Positions 1 to 6,995 of a DNA stretch of 7,051 nt are shown here, in pieces. The DNA comes from a virus (Duplodnaviria; Heunggongvirae; Uroviricota; Caudoviricetes): IMG/VR virus record IMGVR_UViG_2663762857_000014. One strand, given 5' to 3'. The first letter of the stretch is position 1; every line of letters begins with the position of its first letter. The position numbers were made by a program, and so were the translations under genes. The notes beneath the pieces were generated by a model. It did no database searches, was not told where the DNA came from, and saw only the letters and a program-made list of their open reading frames with translations.

Positions 1-1
1 G

Positions 2-127
2 GCATTAACAAGGTTCATGGGGACTTTTATTGTGGCGGCATATCCACATGATGTTGCCAGCTCCCTTGCAATAGCAGCAAGACTTTTACGGTTCATAAAA
101 CCCTCATTAATTATTTTAACAGACTGA
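2..127 (+). CDS. Possible 3' end of an upstream gene (41 codons to a TGA at 125-127); by synteny it could be the lambda I-like tail assembly protein, but this is unverified
   Basis: Only + frame open from the window edge; translation ALTRFMGTFIVAAYPHDVASSLAIAARLLRFIKPSLIILTD then stop. Sits about 105 bp upstream of the J start. An open run of 41 codons can occur by chance and I do not recognise the peptide. Confidence 0.35.
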   Translation, partial: ALTRFMGTFIVAAYPHDVASSLAIAARLLRFIKPSLIILTD

Positions 128-231
128 GTTTACTGACTGCAGGAGTACAAACAGCGTTCTGATGATATCGCGCAATAGTTATTGAATGTGACTATTGCTT
201 CGATTGATCATATCAATTAACAGGAGTTATC

Positions 232-3200
232 ATGGGTAAAGGTGGCGGCAAGGCGCACACACCTCGTGAGGCGAAGGATAATCTCAAATCCACGCAGATG
301 ATGAGCGTGATTGATGCGATTGGTGAGGGACCGATAGAAGGTCCGGTGAAGGGACTGCAGAGTATCCTGGTGAACAAAACCCCGCTGACGGACACGGACG
401 GTAATCCCGTGATACACGGTGTGACGGCGGTCTGGCGCGCCGGGGAGCAGGAGCAGACACCACCGGAAGGCTTTGAGTCCTCCGGAGCTGAAACTGTACT
501 GGGCGTGGAAGTGACGAAGGCAAAACCGGTGACGCGCACCATTACGTCCGCGAACATTGACCGCCTGCGGGTTACCTTCGGGGTGCAGTCACTGGTGCAG
601 ACCACGTCAAAGGGTGACCGAAACCCGACATCCGTCCGCCTGCTGATTCAGTTACAGCGTAACGGTAACTGGGTGACAGAAAAGGATGTCACCATTAACG
701 GCAAGACCACCTCGCAGTTTCTGGCGTCGGTGATTCTGGATAATCTGCCTCCCCGTCCTTTTAACATCCGGATGGTCCGGGAGACGGCGGACAGCACCAC
801 GGACCAGTTGCAGAACAGAACACTCTGGTCATCGTACACCGAAATCATCGATGTGAAACAGTGCTACCCGAACACGGCGATTGTGGGGCTGCAGGTGGAT
901 GCGGAGCAGTTCGGTGGTCAGCAGATGACGGTGAACTACCATATCCGCGGTCGCATCATCCAGGTGCCGTCAAACTATGACCCGGAAAAACGCACCTACA
1001 GCGGTATCTGGGACGGCAGTCTGAAACCGGCATACAGCAACAACCCGGCCTGGTGCCTGTGGGACATGCTGACTCACCCGCGCTACGGGATGGGAAAACG
1101 CCTGGGGGCGGCGGATGTGGACAAGTGGGCGCTGTATGCCATCGGGCAGTACTGCGACCAGACGGTCCCGGATGGTTTCGGGGGCACAGAGCCGCGGATG
1201 ACCTTTAATGCGTACCTGGCACAACAGCGTAAGGCGTGGGACGTTCTCAGTGATTTCTGCTCGGCGATGCGCTGTATGCCGGTATGGAACGGCCAGACGC
1301 TGACGTTCGTTCAGGACCGCCAGTCGGATGTGGTGTGGCCGTACACGAACAGCGATGTGGTGGTGGATGATAACGGCGTGGGGTTCCGCTACAGCTTCAG
1401 TGCCCTGAAGGACCGGCACACGGCGGTGGAGGTGAATTACACCGACCCGCAGAACGGCTGGCAGACCTCCACGGAACTGGTGGAAGACCCGGAAGCCATA
1501 CTGCGCTACGGACGCAACCTGCTGAAGATGGATGCGTTCGGCTGCACCAGTCGCGGTCAGGCCCACCGTGCCGGGCTGTGGGTGATAAAGACAGAACTGC
1601 TGGAAACGCAGACGGTGGATTTCACACTCGGGTCACAGGGGCTGCGTCACACACCGGGTGACATTATTGAAATCTGTGATAACGACTATGCCGGGACTAT
1701 GACCGGCGGACGTATCCTGTCCATTGATGCTGCCACCCGCACCCTGACGCTGGACCGTGAGGTTACCCTGCCGGAGACAGGTACATCGGCGGTGAACCTG
1801 ATTAACGGCAGCGGTAAGCCGGTGAGTGTGGACATCACCGCACACCCCGCGCCGGACCGGATACAGGTCAGTACCCTGCCTGATGGTGTGGAGACATACG
1901 GGGTGTGGGGACTCTCCCTGCCGTCACTGCGCCGTCGCCTGTTCCGCTGTGTCTCCATCCGGGAAAACACGGACGGCACCTTTGCCATCACGGCAGTGCA
2001 GCACGTACCGGAAAAAGAAGCCATTGTGGATAACGGAGCCCGCTTTGAGCCGCAGTCAGGCACCCTGAACAGCGTTATCCCACCGGCAGTGCAGCACCTG
2101 ACGGTGGAGGTGAGCGCAGCTGACGGCCAGTATCTGGCGCTGGCGAAATGGGACACGCCGCGGGTGGTGAAGGGCGTGCGCTTCAGTCTGCGCCTGACCA
2201 GTGGAAGCGGTGAGAACAGCCGCCTGCTGACCACCGCCATCACTGCCGATACGGAGCACCGTTTCAGTGGCCTGCCTCTCGGGGAATACACCCTGACGGT
2301 CAGGGCGATTAACAGCTATGGCCAGCAGGGCGAACCCGCCACCACCACGTTCCGGATTAACGCACCGGCAGCGCCTGCCGGTGTTGAACTGACGCCGGGG
2401 TATTTTCAGATAACGGCGGTACCGCGTCTTGCGGTGTATGACCCGACGGTGCAGTTTGAGTTCTGGTTTTCGGAGGCAAAAATTGCAGACGCCGCACAGG
2501 TGGAAACCTCTGCCCGTTATCTGGGGACCGGCAGTCAGTGGAGTGTCTCCGGCCCGCACATTAAGCCCGGAAAGGATTTCTGGTTTTATGTGCGCAGCGT
2601 CAACCTGGTGGGTAAATCTGCTTTTGTGGAAGCCAGTGGACGGGCGAGCAATGATGCTGCGGGCTATCTGGAACTTTTCCGGGAAAAGATAGGAAAAACG
2701 CATCTGGCAGAGGCGCTGTGGGCAGAGATTGACAACAGTCAGCTGAAGGACGAGATGGCGGAAATGCAGACCACCATCACAGAAACCCGCAATGAAATCA
2801 CACAGACGGTCAGTAAAACGCTGGAGGACCAGAGCGCCACCATACAGCAGATACAGCGCGTGCAGAAGGACACAAATGATGACCTTGCTGCACTTTACAT
2901 GCTGAAGGTACAGAAAACAAAAAATGGCATACCCTATGTTGCCGGTATTGGAGCGGGGATTGAGGATACTGATGGCCAGCCCCTGAGCAACATACTGCTG
3001 CTGGCTGACCGTATTGCGATGATTAACCCGGAGGACGGCAACACCACGCCGTTATTTGTGGCGCAGGGGAATCAGTTGTTCATGAACGATGTGTTCCTGA
3101 AGCGGCTGTTTGCGGTGAGTATCACCTCGTCCGGCAATCCCCCTACGTTCTCCCTGACGCCGGAAGGCAGGCTGACGGCCCGTAATGCGGATATCAGCGG

Positions 3201-3762
3201 ACATATCAGTGCGAACTCGGGCACGCTGAATAATGTCGTGATAGCGGAGAACTGTACCATCAAAGGTACTCTGAGAGCGGAAAATATCATTGGCGATGTG
3301 GTGAAAACGCACAATGTCAGTCTTCCTGATCTCAGGGCTGCAGGGGAGCACAGACACGCGACAGAACGAACGGTTACTGTCATTGATGATCAGTCGTTTG
3401 ACCGGAATATTGTTATCCCGCCGGTTTTTTATTCCGGTATTATCTACAAAGGAAGTGATGGTGACGGTGCGACCTCAATCTGTACGCTGACGGTGAGTGT
3501 GAATGATCGGGTGGTGTTCAGCAAAACCTCATCCATCGGTACCAGGCGTACGTCAGGGGGATACCCCGTTCAGGAAGACACCATATATCCCGGGTCATCC
3601 ACTCCGTTCAGCTATTTCATGAGGATGGCGTCAGGGGGAGGTGATGTCAGGATCAAGTTCCGGATTGAGGTCATCTATTATGGAACTGCACCGGGTTTTA
3701 TGACCACAGGGATACAGATCACAACGATGAAGGCGTCAGCTTCAGGATTTGTGGAAAGTTAA
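232..3762 (+). CDS. J: Lambda J-like central tail fibre / host specificity protein (tail tip), 1176 aa
   Basis: 3531-nt ORF with ATG at 232 and Shine-Dalgarno AGGAG at 223-227 (5-nt spacer). The N-terminus [39 protein letters not shown] and internal stretches ([39 protein letters not shown]; [30 protein letters not shown]; [29 protein letters not shown]; [18 protein letters not shown]) match what I recall of phage lambda gpJ (about 1130 aa). Antisense ORFs across it are explained by its length and GC richness. Confidence 0.95.
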   Translation: MGKGGGKAHTPREAKDNLKSTQMMSVIDAIGEGPIEGPVKGLQSILVNKTPLTDTDGNPVIHGVTAVWRAGEQEQTPPEGFESSGAETVLGVEVTKAKPVTRTITSANIDRLRVTFGVQSLVQTTSKGDRNPTSVRLLIQLQRNGNWVTEKDVTINGKTTSQFLASVILDNLPPRPFNIRMVRETADSTTDQLQNRTLWSSYTEIIDVKQCYPNTAIVGLQVDAEQFGGQQMTVNYHIRGRIIQVPSNYDPEKRTYSGIWDGSLKPAYSNNPAWCLWDMLTHPRYGMGKRLGAADVDKWALYAIGQYCDQTVPDGFGGTEPRMTFNAYLAQQRKAWDVLSDFCSAMRCMPVWNGQTLTFVQDRQSDVVWPYTNSDVVVDDNGVGFRYSFSALKDRHTAVEVNYTDPQNGWQTSTELVEDPEAILRYGRNLLKMDAFGCTSRGQAHRAGLWVIKTELLETQTVDFTLGSQGLRHTPGDIIEICDNDYAGTMTGGRILSIDAATRTLTLDREVTLPETGTSAVNLINGSGKPVSVDITAHPAPDRIQVSTLPDGVETYGVWGLSLPSLRRRLFRCVSIRENTDGTFAITAVQHVPEKEAIVDNGARFEPQSGTLNSVIPPAVQHLTVEVSAADGQYLALAKWDTPRVVKGVRFSLRLTSGSGENSRLLTTAITADTEHRFSGLPLGEYTLTVRAINSYGQQGEPATTTFRINAPAAPAGVELTPGYFQITAVPRLAVYDPTVQFEFWFSEAKIADAAQVETSARYLGTGSQWSVSGPHIKPGKDFWFYVRSVNLVGKSAFVEASGRASNDAAGYLELFREKIGKTHLAEALWAEIDNSQLKDEMAEMQTTITETRNEITQTVSKTLEDQSATIQQIQRVQKDTNDDLAALYMLKVQKTKNGIPYVAGIGAGIEDTDGQPLSNILLLADRIAMINPEDGNTTPLFVAQGNQLFMNDVFLKRLFAVSITSSGNPPTFSLTPEGRLTARNADISGHISANSGTLNNVVIAENCTIKGTLRAENIIGDVVKTHNVSLPDLRAAGEHRHATERTVTVIDDQSFDRNIVIPPVFYSGIIYKGSDGDGATSICTLTVSVNDRVVFSKTSSIGTRRTSGGYPVQEDTIYPGSSTPFSYFMRMASGGGDVRIKFRIEVIYYGTAPGFMTTGIQITTMKASASGFVES

Positions 3763-4082
3763 TCCCGGACGATCGTGATTGCCGGAAGGAGACAAAAACC
3801 GCACAGTATGCGCGGGTGCCTTTGGCTGATGGCCGGAGGGAACACCTGAAAGCCTGATGTGAAAAGGCCCCGAGTCAACTTCAATGTTAACCCGAGGCCC
3901 TGATCCGTCTATCTTAAGCAAGTGGCAGGTTAGCGCCTCTCCGTAATAAGGAGCAAGTGCTGTGTCGCAAAAACCACCGTGATTTGTATCACTGTAGTGC
4001 TCATTATCTGGATCACCCACCGTTCACTGTGTGAATTCCGGTTCCGGATAGCACCTTTTTAATCCTGTAAACCACGATTTTT

Positions 4083-4118
4083 ACCGCAGACCGGGAAACC
4101 GGCACTGCGGTTTTTTTT
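4083..4118 (+). terminator. Rho-independent terminator: interrupted stem (ACCGCAG / CTGCGGT outer, CCGG / CCGG inner, GAAA tetraloop) followed by T8
   Basis: Read directly: accgcag-a-ccgg-GAAA-ccgg-cact-ctgcggt-tttttttt. The outer arms 4083-4089 and 4105-4111 are exact reverse complements, and the T8 run is 4111-4118. On the opposite strand the hairpin is followed by A-rich sequence, so it is unidirectional. It ends 13 nt before the Stf start codon. Confidence 0.6.
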
Positions 4119-4131
4119 ATGGGGAAAATCT

Positions 4132-5583
4132 ATGACAGTCAGAATATCGGGCGTGCTGAAGGACGGCACCGGGAAGCCGGTACCGGGATGCACCATTGAA
4201 CTGAAAGCCCTGCGCACCACGGAGACAGTGATTGTCACCACGGTGGCGCAGGGGCAGCCGGGGGAAACCGGCAGTTACAGTTTTGATGTGGAGCCGGGGT
4301 GGTACCGGGTGACGCTGAACACGGAAGGGTACGCCCCGTCGTATGTGGGTGACATTCTGGTGAAGGCGGATTCTGAGCCGGGAACGCTGAATAAATTTCT
4401 GATGGAACAGGATGAGGCGCAGTATTACCCGAAAGCGCTTGCAGAGCTGGAAGTGGTGGCAGCGGAAATCCTGAAGCGTGCTGAAGCGTCGGCGGCGAGT
4501 GCAGAGGAAGCGAAGAAACGGGCAGAGAATGCCCGGGGACCGGCGGGCGAGAAGGGGGACACAGGTCCACAGGGTGCCACAGGGGCACAGGGACCAGCCG
4601 GGGCAACGGGGGCGGTCGGACCAAAAGGTGAGCCGGGGCCAAAGGGAGAACGGGGAGAAACAGGTCCACAGGGACCGAAGGGCGATAAAGGTGACCCGGG
4701 CGGACCGCCGGGGCCGAAAGGTGACACCGGCCCACGTGGAGAGGCCGGACCACCCGGACCACAGGGTCCGGCAGGGCAAAGCGGCCCTAAAGGGGATAAA
4801 GGTGAACCCGGCGCAACAGGTCCGGCAGGTCCCGCAGGCCCTCGGGGAGAAACCGGCCCTGCAGGTCCTGCGGGTCCCGCAGGCAGTGTCGCCAGTGTTC
4901 CGGATGCCAGCACATTACAGAAAGGTGTTGTACAGCTGAGCAGCGATACCAACAGCGATGATGAAACAAAAGCGGCAACCCCAAAGGCTGTGAAAGCGGT
5001 AATGGCAGAAGTGCAGGCAGCAAAAACGAAGGCAGAAGAGGCAGCAACCCGGGCAGCAGTCCCCGGACCGAAGGGGGACAGGGGGGAACCTGGCGCACCT
5101 GGTGCAGTGGGGCCCGCAGGCCCACGGGGACCGGCTGGTGCAGCTGGTCCCAAAGGTGATGCAGGCCCGGCCGGACCCCGGGGTCAAAAAGGTGATACAG
5201 GACCTGCAGGTCCGCAGGGACCAGCTGGCCCGGCAGGCCCACAGGGGGTTGCCGGAAGGGACGGCAATGTTTCCACCGGGAAATATGCGGTTGGTTCTTA
5301 TGTTTTTGGCGTGTCCTCTGTCTATGCTGACGGCGAAGGCTTATTTTCATCAGGGATATATGAAAACATTCAGGGTAGCTCCATTGATCTGATTTCAATA
5401 CAGACAACACAAACAGGCGCATCAACACCAAATCAAATCTGGTTTTTGAAACTGGAGGAGGACATTCCGGGGGTGTGGCGGGCATTTAAACCCGCCGCAT
5501 ATATTGATCTGATGCCAGAAGGAATGCAAGGAGGAAAGAACTCGATGTTTAACTTTATTACTCTTTTCCAGCGGATAGCGTAA
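4132..5583 (+). CDS. stf: Side tail fibre protein (lambda Stf-like N-terminus) with collagen-like Gly-X-Y shaft, 483 aa
   Basis: ATG at 4132 with GGGGA 7-8 nt upstream. The N-terminus [26 protein letters not shown] closely resembles the lambda Stf N-terminus as I recall it ([26 protein letters not shown]). The motif [28 protein letters not shown] (aa 264-291) matches the conserved tail-fibre motif KGIVQLSSATNS...AATPKAVK. Two long G-X-Y runs occupy aa 136-251 and 311-377. A non-repetitive C-terminal domain of about 105 aa follows. Confidence 0.9.
   Translation: MTVRISGVLKDGTGKPVPGCTIELKALRTTETVIVTTVAQGQPGETGSYSFDVEPGWYRVTLNTEGYAPSYVGDILVKADSEPGTLNKFLMEQDEAQYYPKALAELEVVAAEILKRAEASAASAEEAKKRAENARGPAGEKGDTGPQGATGAQGPAGATGAVGPKGEPGPKGERGETGPQGPKGDKGDPGGPPGPKGDTGPRGEAGPPGPQGPAGQSGPKGDKGEPGATGPAGPAGPRGETGPAGPAGPAGSVASVPDASTLQKGVVQLSSDTNSDDETKAATPKAVKAVMAEVQAAKTKAEEAATRAAVPGPKGDRGEPGAPGAVGPAGPRGPAGAAGPKGDAGPAGPRGQKGDTGPAGPQGPAGPAGPQGVAGRDGNVSTGKYAVGSYVFGVSSVYADGEGLFSSGIYENIQGSSIDLISIQTTQTGASTPNQIWFLKLEEDIPGVWRAFKPAAYIDLMPEGMQGGKNSMFNFITLFQRIA
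4537..4884 (+). repeat. Collagen-like Gly-X-Y coding repeat block 1 within stf (about 38 triplets, one register break at [12 protein letters not shown])
   Basis: Translation [116 protein letters not shown]. The DNA is a GC-rich 9-bp-periodic repeat, which explains the long stop-free antisense and out-of-frame ORFs in the track. Confidence 0.9.
5065..5262 (+). repeat. Collagen-like Gly-X-Y coding repeat block 2 within stf (about 22 triplets)
   Basis: Translation [68 protein letters not shown], immediately after the conserved KGVVQLSS...TPKAVK motif and an Ala/Lys-rich linker. Confidence 0.9.
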
Positions 5584-5594
5584 CGAGGTACGGC

Positions 5595-6188
5595 ATGATA
5601 ATAGCGATCAGTGCGGTTAAGGATCCGGTATATACCAGGCAGGGATGTATCAACTGTCTGGTGAAACTCACCGGAGTTGACGAGGAGGAGACGGACTGGC
5701 TTCCGTTTACGGCGACACCAACGGACGAAGCCCCTCATGGAAAAGAACTCTGGCAGGCACTGAACTCAGGTCAATATGGTCAAATCGCGCCGTATACTCA
5801 ACCGGAAGATGCGGTGGAAAAAGCCAGACAACAGAAAATTAATGAGATCAACGCCTGGCGTAATTCGATGGAAGCGGCGAACTACACGTTTGAGCACAAT
5901 GGGCGTAAATGGGACTACGGGAAGTCAACGCAGACGCGTCTTGAGCCGTCGGTGGCGGCAGCGAAAGCGGGGAAACTGCCGGAGGCGTTTTTCTGGACGG
6001 ATGCGGACAATAATGACGTACCGATGGACGCTGAAACACTGATTGCTCTGAGTGCTGCTGCAGAGCAGGCGATGTTTACCAAAGGTCTGGAAATTCATGT
6101 CAGACAGCGCACGATGAAAAAAGAGATTGAAGCGCTGGATGATGCGGAAGCTATACTGGCGTATAAGGTCGGCATGGCTGACAGGTGA
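5595..6188 (+). CDS. Putative tail fibre assembly protein / chaperone (Tfa-like by position), 197 aa
   Basis: ATG at 5595 with GAGG at 5586-5589 (5-nt spacer), 11 nt after the stf stop. Its size and position directly downstream of the side tail fibre gene match lambda tfa and other tail fibre assembly chaperones. I cannot confirm family membership by eye, so the function rests on synteny. Confidence 0.75.
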   Translation: MIIAISAVKDPVYTRQGCINCLVKLTGVDEEETDWLPFTATPTDEAPHGKELWQALNSGQYGQIAPYTQPEDAVEKARQQKINEINAWRNSMEAANYTFEHNGRKWDYGKSTQTRLEPSVAAAKAGKLPEAFFWTDADNNDVPMDAETLIALSAAAEQAMFTKGLEIHVRQRTMKKEIEALDDAEAILAYKVGMADR

Positions 6189-6213
6189 AAAAAAGAGGGG
6201 CGCTCCAGCCCCT
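6188..6213 (-). terminator. Intrinsic terminator-like hairpin abutting the tfa stop; canonical for leftward (minus-strand) transcription, possibly a weak bidirectional terminator
   Basis: Plus strand reads A7 (6188-6194), g, AGGGGC (6196-6201), 6-nt loop, GCCCCT (6208-6213). On the minus strand this is a 6-bp GC-rich stem followed by cTTTTTTT. On the plus strand the hairpin is followed by ttgctac, a poor U-tract. Confidence 0.5.
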
Positions 6214-6415
6214 TGCTACAAAGCTATGGCTAAATAAAGAATACTCAGGTCGAGGAAATAATCTGGCAATGATAATTAAAGGAGATGCAACGGCCTCCTT
6301 CACCCCTGTCAAAGATAAAAAACTGGGGAGTGCGTGCTCACCGAGAGCATGATACTTGTGGTTGATAGTTATTTTTATCCGGCGACAAAGATATTGAGAT
6401 GAGGGCGCGGATGCA

Positions 6416-6431
6416 ATACAGAATTTTCGTA
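6416..6431. repeat. Copy 1 of an exact 16-bp direct repeat ATACAGAATTTTCGTA, lying inside the 8-bp-arm inverted repeat ATGCAATA / TATTGCAT (6411-6437)
   Basis: Read directly; the second copy is at 6593-6608. Flanks differ immediately outside the 16 bp. Confidence 0.85.
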
Positions 6432-6484
6432 TTGCATGGTAACTGCTGATTCCTGAAACTGAAAGTCGTCATGAAACTGTAAGC

Positions 6485-6512
6485 GAAAAAACGGGGAGAC
6501 GGCACGCTCCCC
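6485..6512 (-). terminator. Intrinsic terminator oriented for minus-strand transcription
   Basis: Plus strand reads A6 (6486-6491), c, GGGGAG (6493-6498), 8-nt loop acggcacg, CTCCCC (6507-6512). The minus-strand transcript would be GGGGAG-loop-CUCCCC-G-UUUUUU. No U-tract follows the hairpin on the plus strand. Confidence 0.5.
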
Positions 6513-6592
6513 AAGGTCATACATGAGATAGTGGTGTTTTTATAGTCGAAAGAATAATTGCATAAAAAGAGTGTAAATTAAACATTCAGGGG

Positions 6593-6608
6593 ATACAGAA
6601 TTTTCGTA
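6593..6608. repeat. Copy 2 of the exact 16-bp direct repeat ATACAGAATTTTCGTA
   Basis: Identical to 6416-6431, 177 bp downstream. A weakly similar attgc..ctgaaa stretch follows both copies. Confidence 0.85.
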
Positions 6609-6644
6609 GGCTGAGGGATTGCTGAAAATAATTTAGTGCGTCCT

Positions 6645-6666
6645 TCAATGGTCATTCAATGGTCAT
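6645..6666. repeat. Perfect tandem duplication of an 11-bp unit (TCAATGGTCAT x2)
   Basis: Read directly: tcaatggtcat at 6645-6655 and again at 6656-6666. An 8-bp-arm inverted repeat ATTGTGCT / AGCACAAT (6670-6699, 14-nt spacer) follows. Confidence 0.85.
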
Positions 6667-6854
6667 CAGATTGTGCTGATGTAAACAGTTAAGCACAATT
6701 TGATTATTTGACTTTCTTCTTTTTGTGACTAACTTCACAATTAAAGATGTAACCGTATACAAATTGTTGATGAATAAAGAGACAGCATAAGTGGCAGGCC
6801 AGTCGTAATGCGGATATCCCTTCGCGAACGTGATATCACCGACGTTATAGTAAG

Positions 6855-6892
6855 GAAATTCCGAAAAACTTCATATTAAAATTCGGAATTTC
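6855..6892. promoter_or_regulatory. Perfect 11-bp inverted repeat GAAATTCCGAA-N16-TTCGGAATTTC directly upstream of an RBS; candidate operator or 5'-UTR hairpin
   Basis: Arms 6855-6865 and 6882-6892 are exact reverse complements. AGGAG at 6896-6900 and ATG at 6908 follow. A perfect 10-bp palindrome GTGATATCAC lies at 6830-6839, and a possible -10 TATAGT at 6846-6851. Confidence 0.4.
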
Positions 6893-6907
6893 TTCAGGAG
6901 TAAGCTC

Positions 6908-6985
6908 ATGAGAGCGGCGAGACATCAGATTTTCTTTATATATCCGATGTTGAGTTGTTTTATTTGTATACAGATAATTTTATAG
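6908..6985 (+). CDS. Hypothetical small ORF, 25 aa, hydrophobic (MRAARHQIFFIYPMLSCFICIQIIL); possible small membrane peptide or leader peptide
   Basis: ATG at 6908 preceded by AGGAG at 6896-6900 (7-nt spacer); TAG stop at 6983-6985. Ends 10 nt before the next ATG. The call rests on the strong RBS alone; the ORF is too short for composition statistics. Confidence 0.2.
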   Translation: MRAARHQIFFIYPMLSCFICIQIIL

Positions 6986-6995
6986 GGTATACCAC

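Noticed and set aside
213-3383. Minus-strand and out-of-frame ORFs overlapping J (213-605, 217-417, 284-523, 648-848, 970-1566, 1633-1845, 1686-2291, 1826-2068, 2056-2703, 2429-2692, 3052-3357, 3072-3383)
   Set aside because: All lie inside the 1176-aa J ORF, whose lambda-like homology is clear. Their translations are Arg/Pro/His-rich, as expected for antisense frames of GC-rich coding DNA, and none has a recognisable RBS or product.
3742-4241. Minus-strand ORFs 3742-4020 (92 aa) and 4059-4241 (60 aa) in the J-stf spacer
   Set aside because: No RBS seen, no recognisable protein features, and they overlap the ends of J or stf and the plus-strand terminator. Most likely chance ORFs; I did check whether either could be a lom-like moron and found no support.
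4117-5485. Long ORFs on the minus strand and in alternative plus frames across stf (4117-4779, 4235-4762, 4425-5153, 4787-5485, 4915-5187 minus; 4478-4939 and 5102-5392 plus)
   Set aside because: They are artefacts of the GC-rich Gly-X-Y codon repeat, which is stop-poor in several frames; the translations are Pro/Arg/Gly low-complexity. The plus-frame stf reading has the lambda-like N-terminus and the conserved tail-fibre motif.
5433-6042. ORFs overlapping tfa and the stf end (5433-5738 minus, 5776-6042 plus, 5848-6039 minus)
   Set aside because: They are internal to, or antisense to, the well-supported stf and tfa frames. The 88-aa plus ORF is extremely Arg-rich, typical of an out-of-frame reading.
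6338-6520. 60-aa minus-strand ORF in the AT-rich region
   Set aside because: A terminator hairpin (6493-6512) sits within its first 12 codons, no Shine-Dalgarno precedes the start, and the composition looks non-coding. More likely non-coding, possibly part of a small RNA.
6400-6700. CRISPR array
   Set aside because: Only two copies of a 16-bp repeat, 177 bp apart, plus one 11-bp tandem doublet. There is no regular repeat-spacer periodicity and there are no cas genes.
4132-6900. Invertible tail-fibre segment (Mu G / e14 Pin-type) or diversity-generating retroelement acting on the fibre tip
   Set aside because: No inverted duplicate of the stf C-terminus or tfa, no recombinase or reverse transcriptase ORF, and no template-repeat-like near-copy of the stf 3' end is visible in the window.
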